NCBI RefSeq assembly: GCF_044704955.1
Contig: NW_027253860.1
Span: forward strand, 310,001 to 374,000
Source: Pristiophorus japonicus
Lineage: Eukaryota
Length of the DNA stretch: 64,000 bases
Direction: 5' to 3'
Below, in pieces: positions 63,302 to 64,000 of the stretch (position 1 is the first letter of the stretch; each line of letters opens with the position of its first letter). Both the position numbers and the translations under genes were made by a program. Below the pieces are notes generated by a model. The model saw only the letters and a list, made by a program, of their open reading frames with translations, was not told where the DNA came from and ran no database searches.

Positions 63302-64000
63302 GGGGTGGGAAAGAGGGAAGCTGTGAGGGCAGGGTCACCCCTCAGTGTTGGGTGGGTGCTGGCAGGGGTGCACTCTCCGAAGGTAAACAAAGTCTTTATC
63401 GATGGTCTTCGGGTGGGGGAAGAAGATGTCTTCACCCAGGATAGCTGGAACTACCCAGGTACCATCCTCCACCAGGTCTTAATGATGTTAATTAAGGGAG
63501 TTAATTACCCAGGCAGCTCGAGCTGTCCTGGGCCAGGCAATGGGGAGAGGGGTGTTTTAGTGGTGTGTGGGGCTTAGTTATTCACAAGAACCCCACACCC
63601 TTACACACACACAAACCCCCACAATGTTCCGGCCTAAATGGTCTCTCCTCCCCCCACCTACAAACTGAAGTATTTTTTGGAGAGTGCAGCCACCTGTCGG
63701 TGTTGTAAATGGCTCTGCCTCCTTTCACACAGATGTTGTTACAGTTTGTAGTTTGTTCTCTTCCCCTCTCTCCAACTCTGTCGCAGGGGTGTTGAAGCTA
63801 GCAGCTCTTGGTCCTCCTCCCTCTCAAGGTGTTAATCCAGCAGGCCTCTTCCTCCTCTCCGAGAGACTCTGGTGGCAGGCAGACAGATAGTTGTAGCAGC
63901 TCCTTCTCCACAGGCTCCCAACTCACAAATGGCTGAAACACTCCCATAAATATATTAGCAACTATTTTATAGAAAACAATCAAGTGCCCCCTGATTAAAG

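Larger units (their letters stand above)
54860..63600 (-). mobile_element. Tx1/L1-clade non-LTR retrotransposon, decayed, with ORF1 interrupted by CR1
   Basis: ORF2 runs from 58830 (MKITVASLNING..FLQETH, RDFNC, SRIDC, SDHH, ENWRPVSLL, SAYADD, CNFCGLEESVFH) to 54999. ORF1 from about 63062 has ISNVPPF and a CHACREVGH knuckle. The 5' boundary is uncertain. Confidence 0.88.

Overview
Eukaryotic, repeat-dense genomic DNA with two N-gaps. The repeat content (CR1 and L2 LINEs, DeuSINE/SacSINE1-like SINEs, Mag-type Gypsy LTR elements, a Tx1/L1-clade LINE) suggests a cartilaginous fish; this is an inference. Hidden in the repeats on the minus strand is a six-exon, splice-phase-consistent immune receptor gene spanning 50929 to 6046. 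It has two germline-joined VJ-type Ig domain exons with no RSS, an uncharged transmembrane exon, and three cytoplasmic exons carrying TVYATV (ITSM), LYYADT (near-ITIM) and TEYAAI (ITSM). No leader exon was found in the window. Only the two V exons are evident in the ORF track; the other four were read from the sequence by hand. The second main observation is a CR1 copy (about 35685-36360) with dense A-to-G hypermutation that spares A after G, the signature of ADAR-edited RNA fixed in the genome by retrotransposition. Also present: a full-length CR1 with 14 TATA-box monomers in its 5' UTR nested inside a Gypsy element, two further LTR elements with target-site duplications, and several minisatellites. 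All coordinates were read by eye, and repeat boundaries are approximate.
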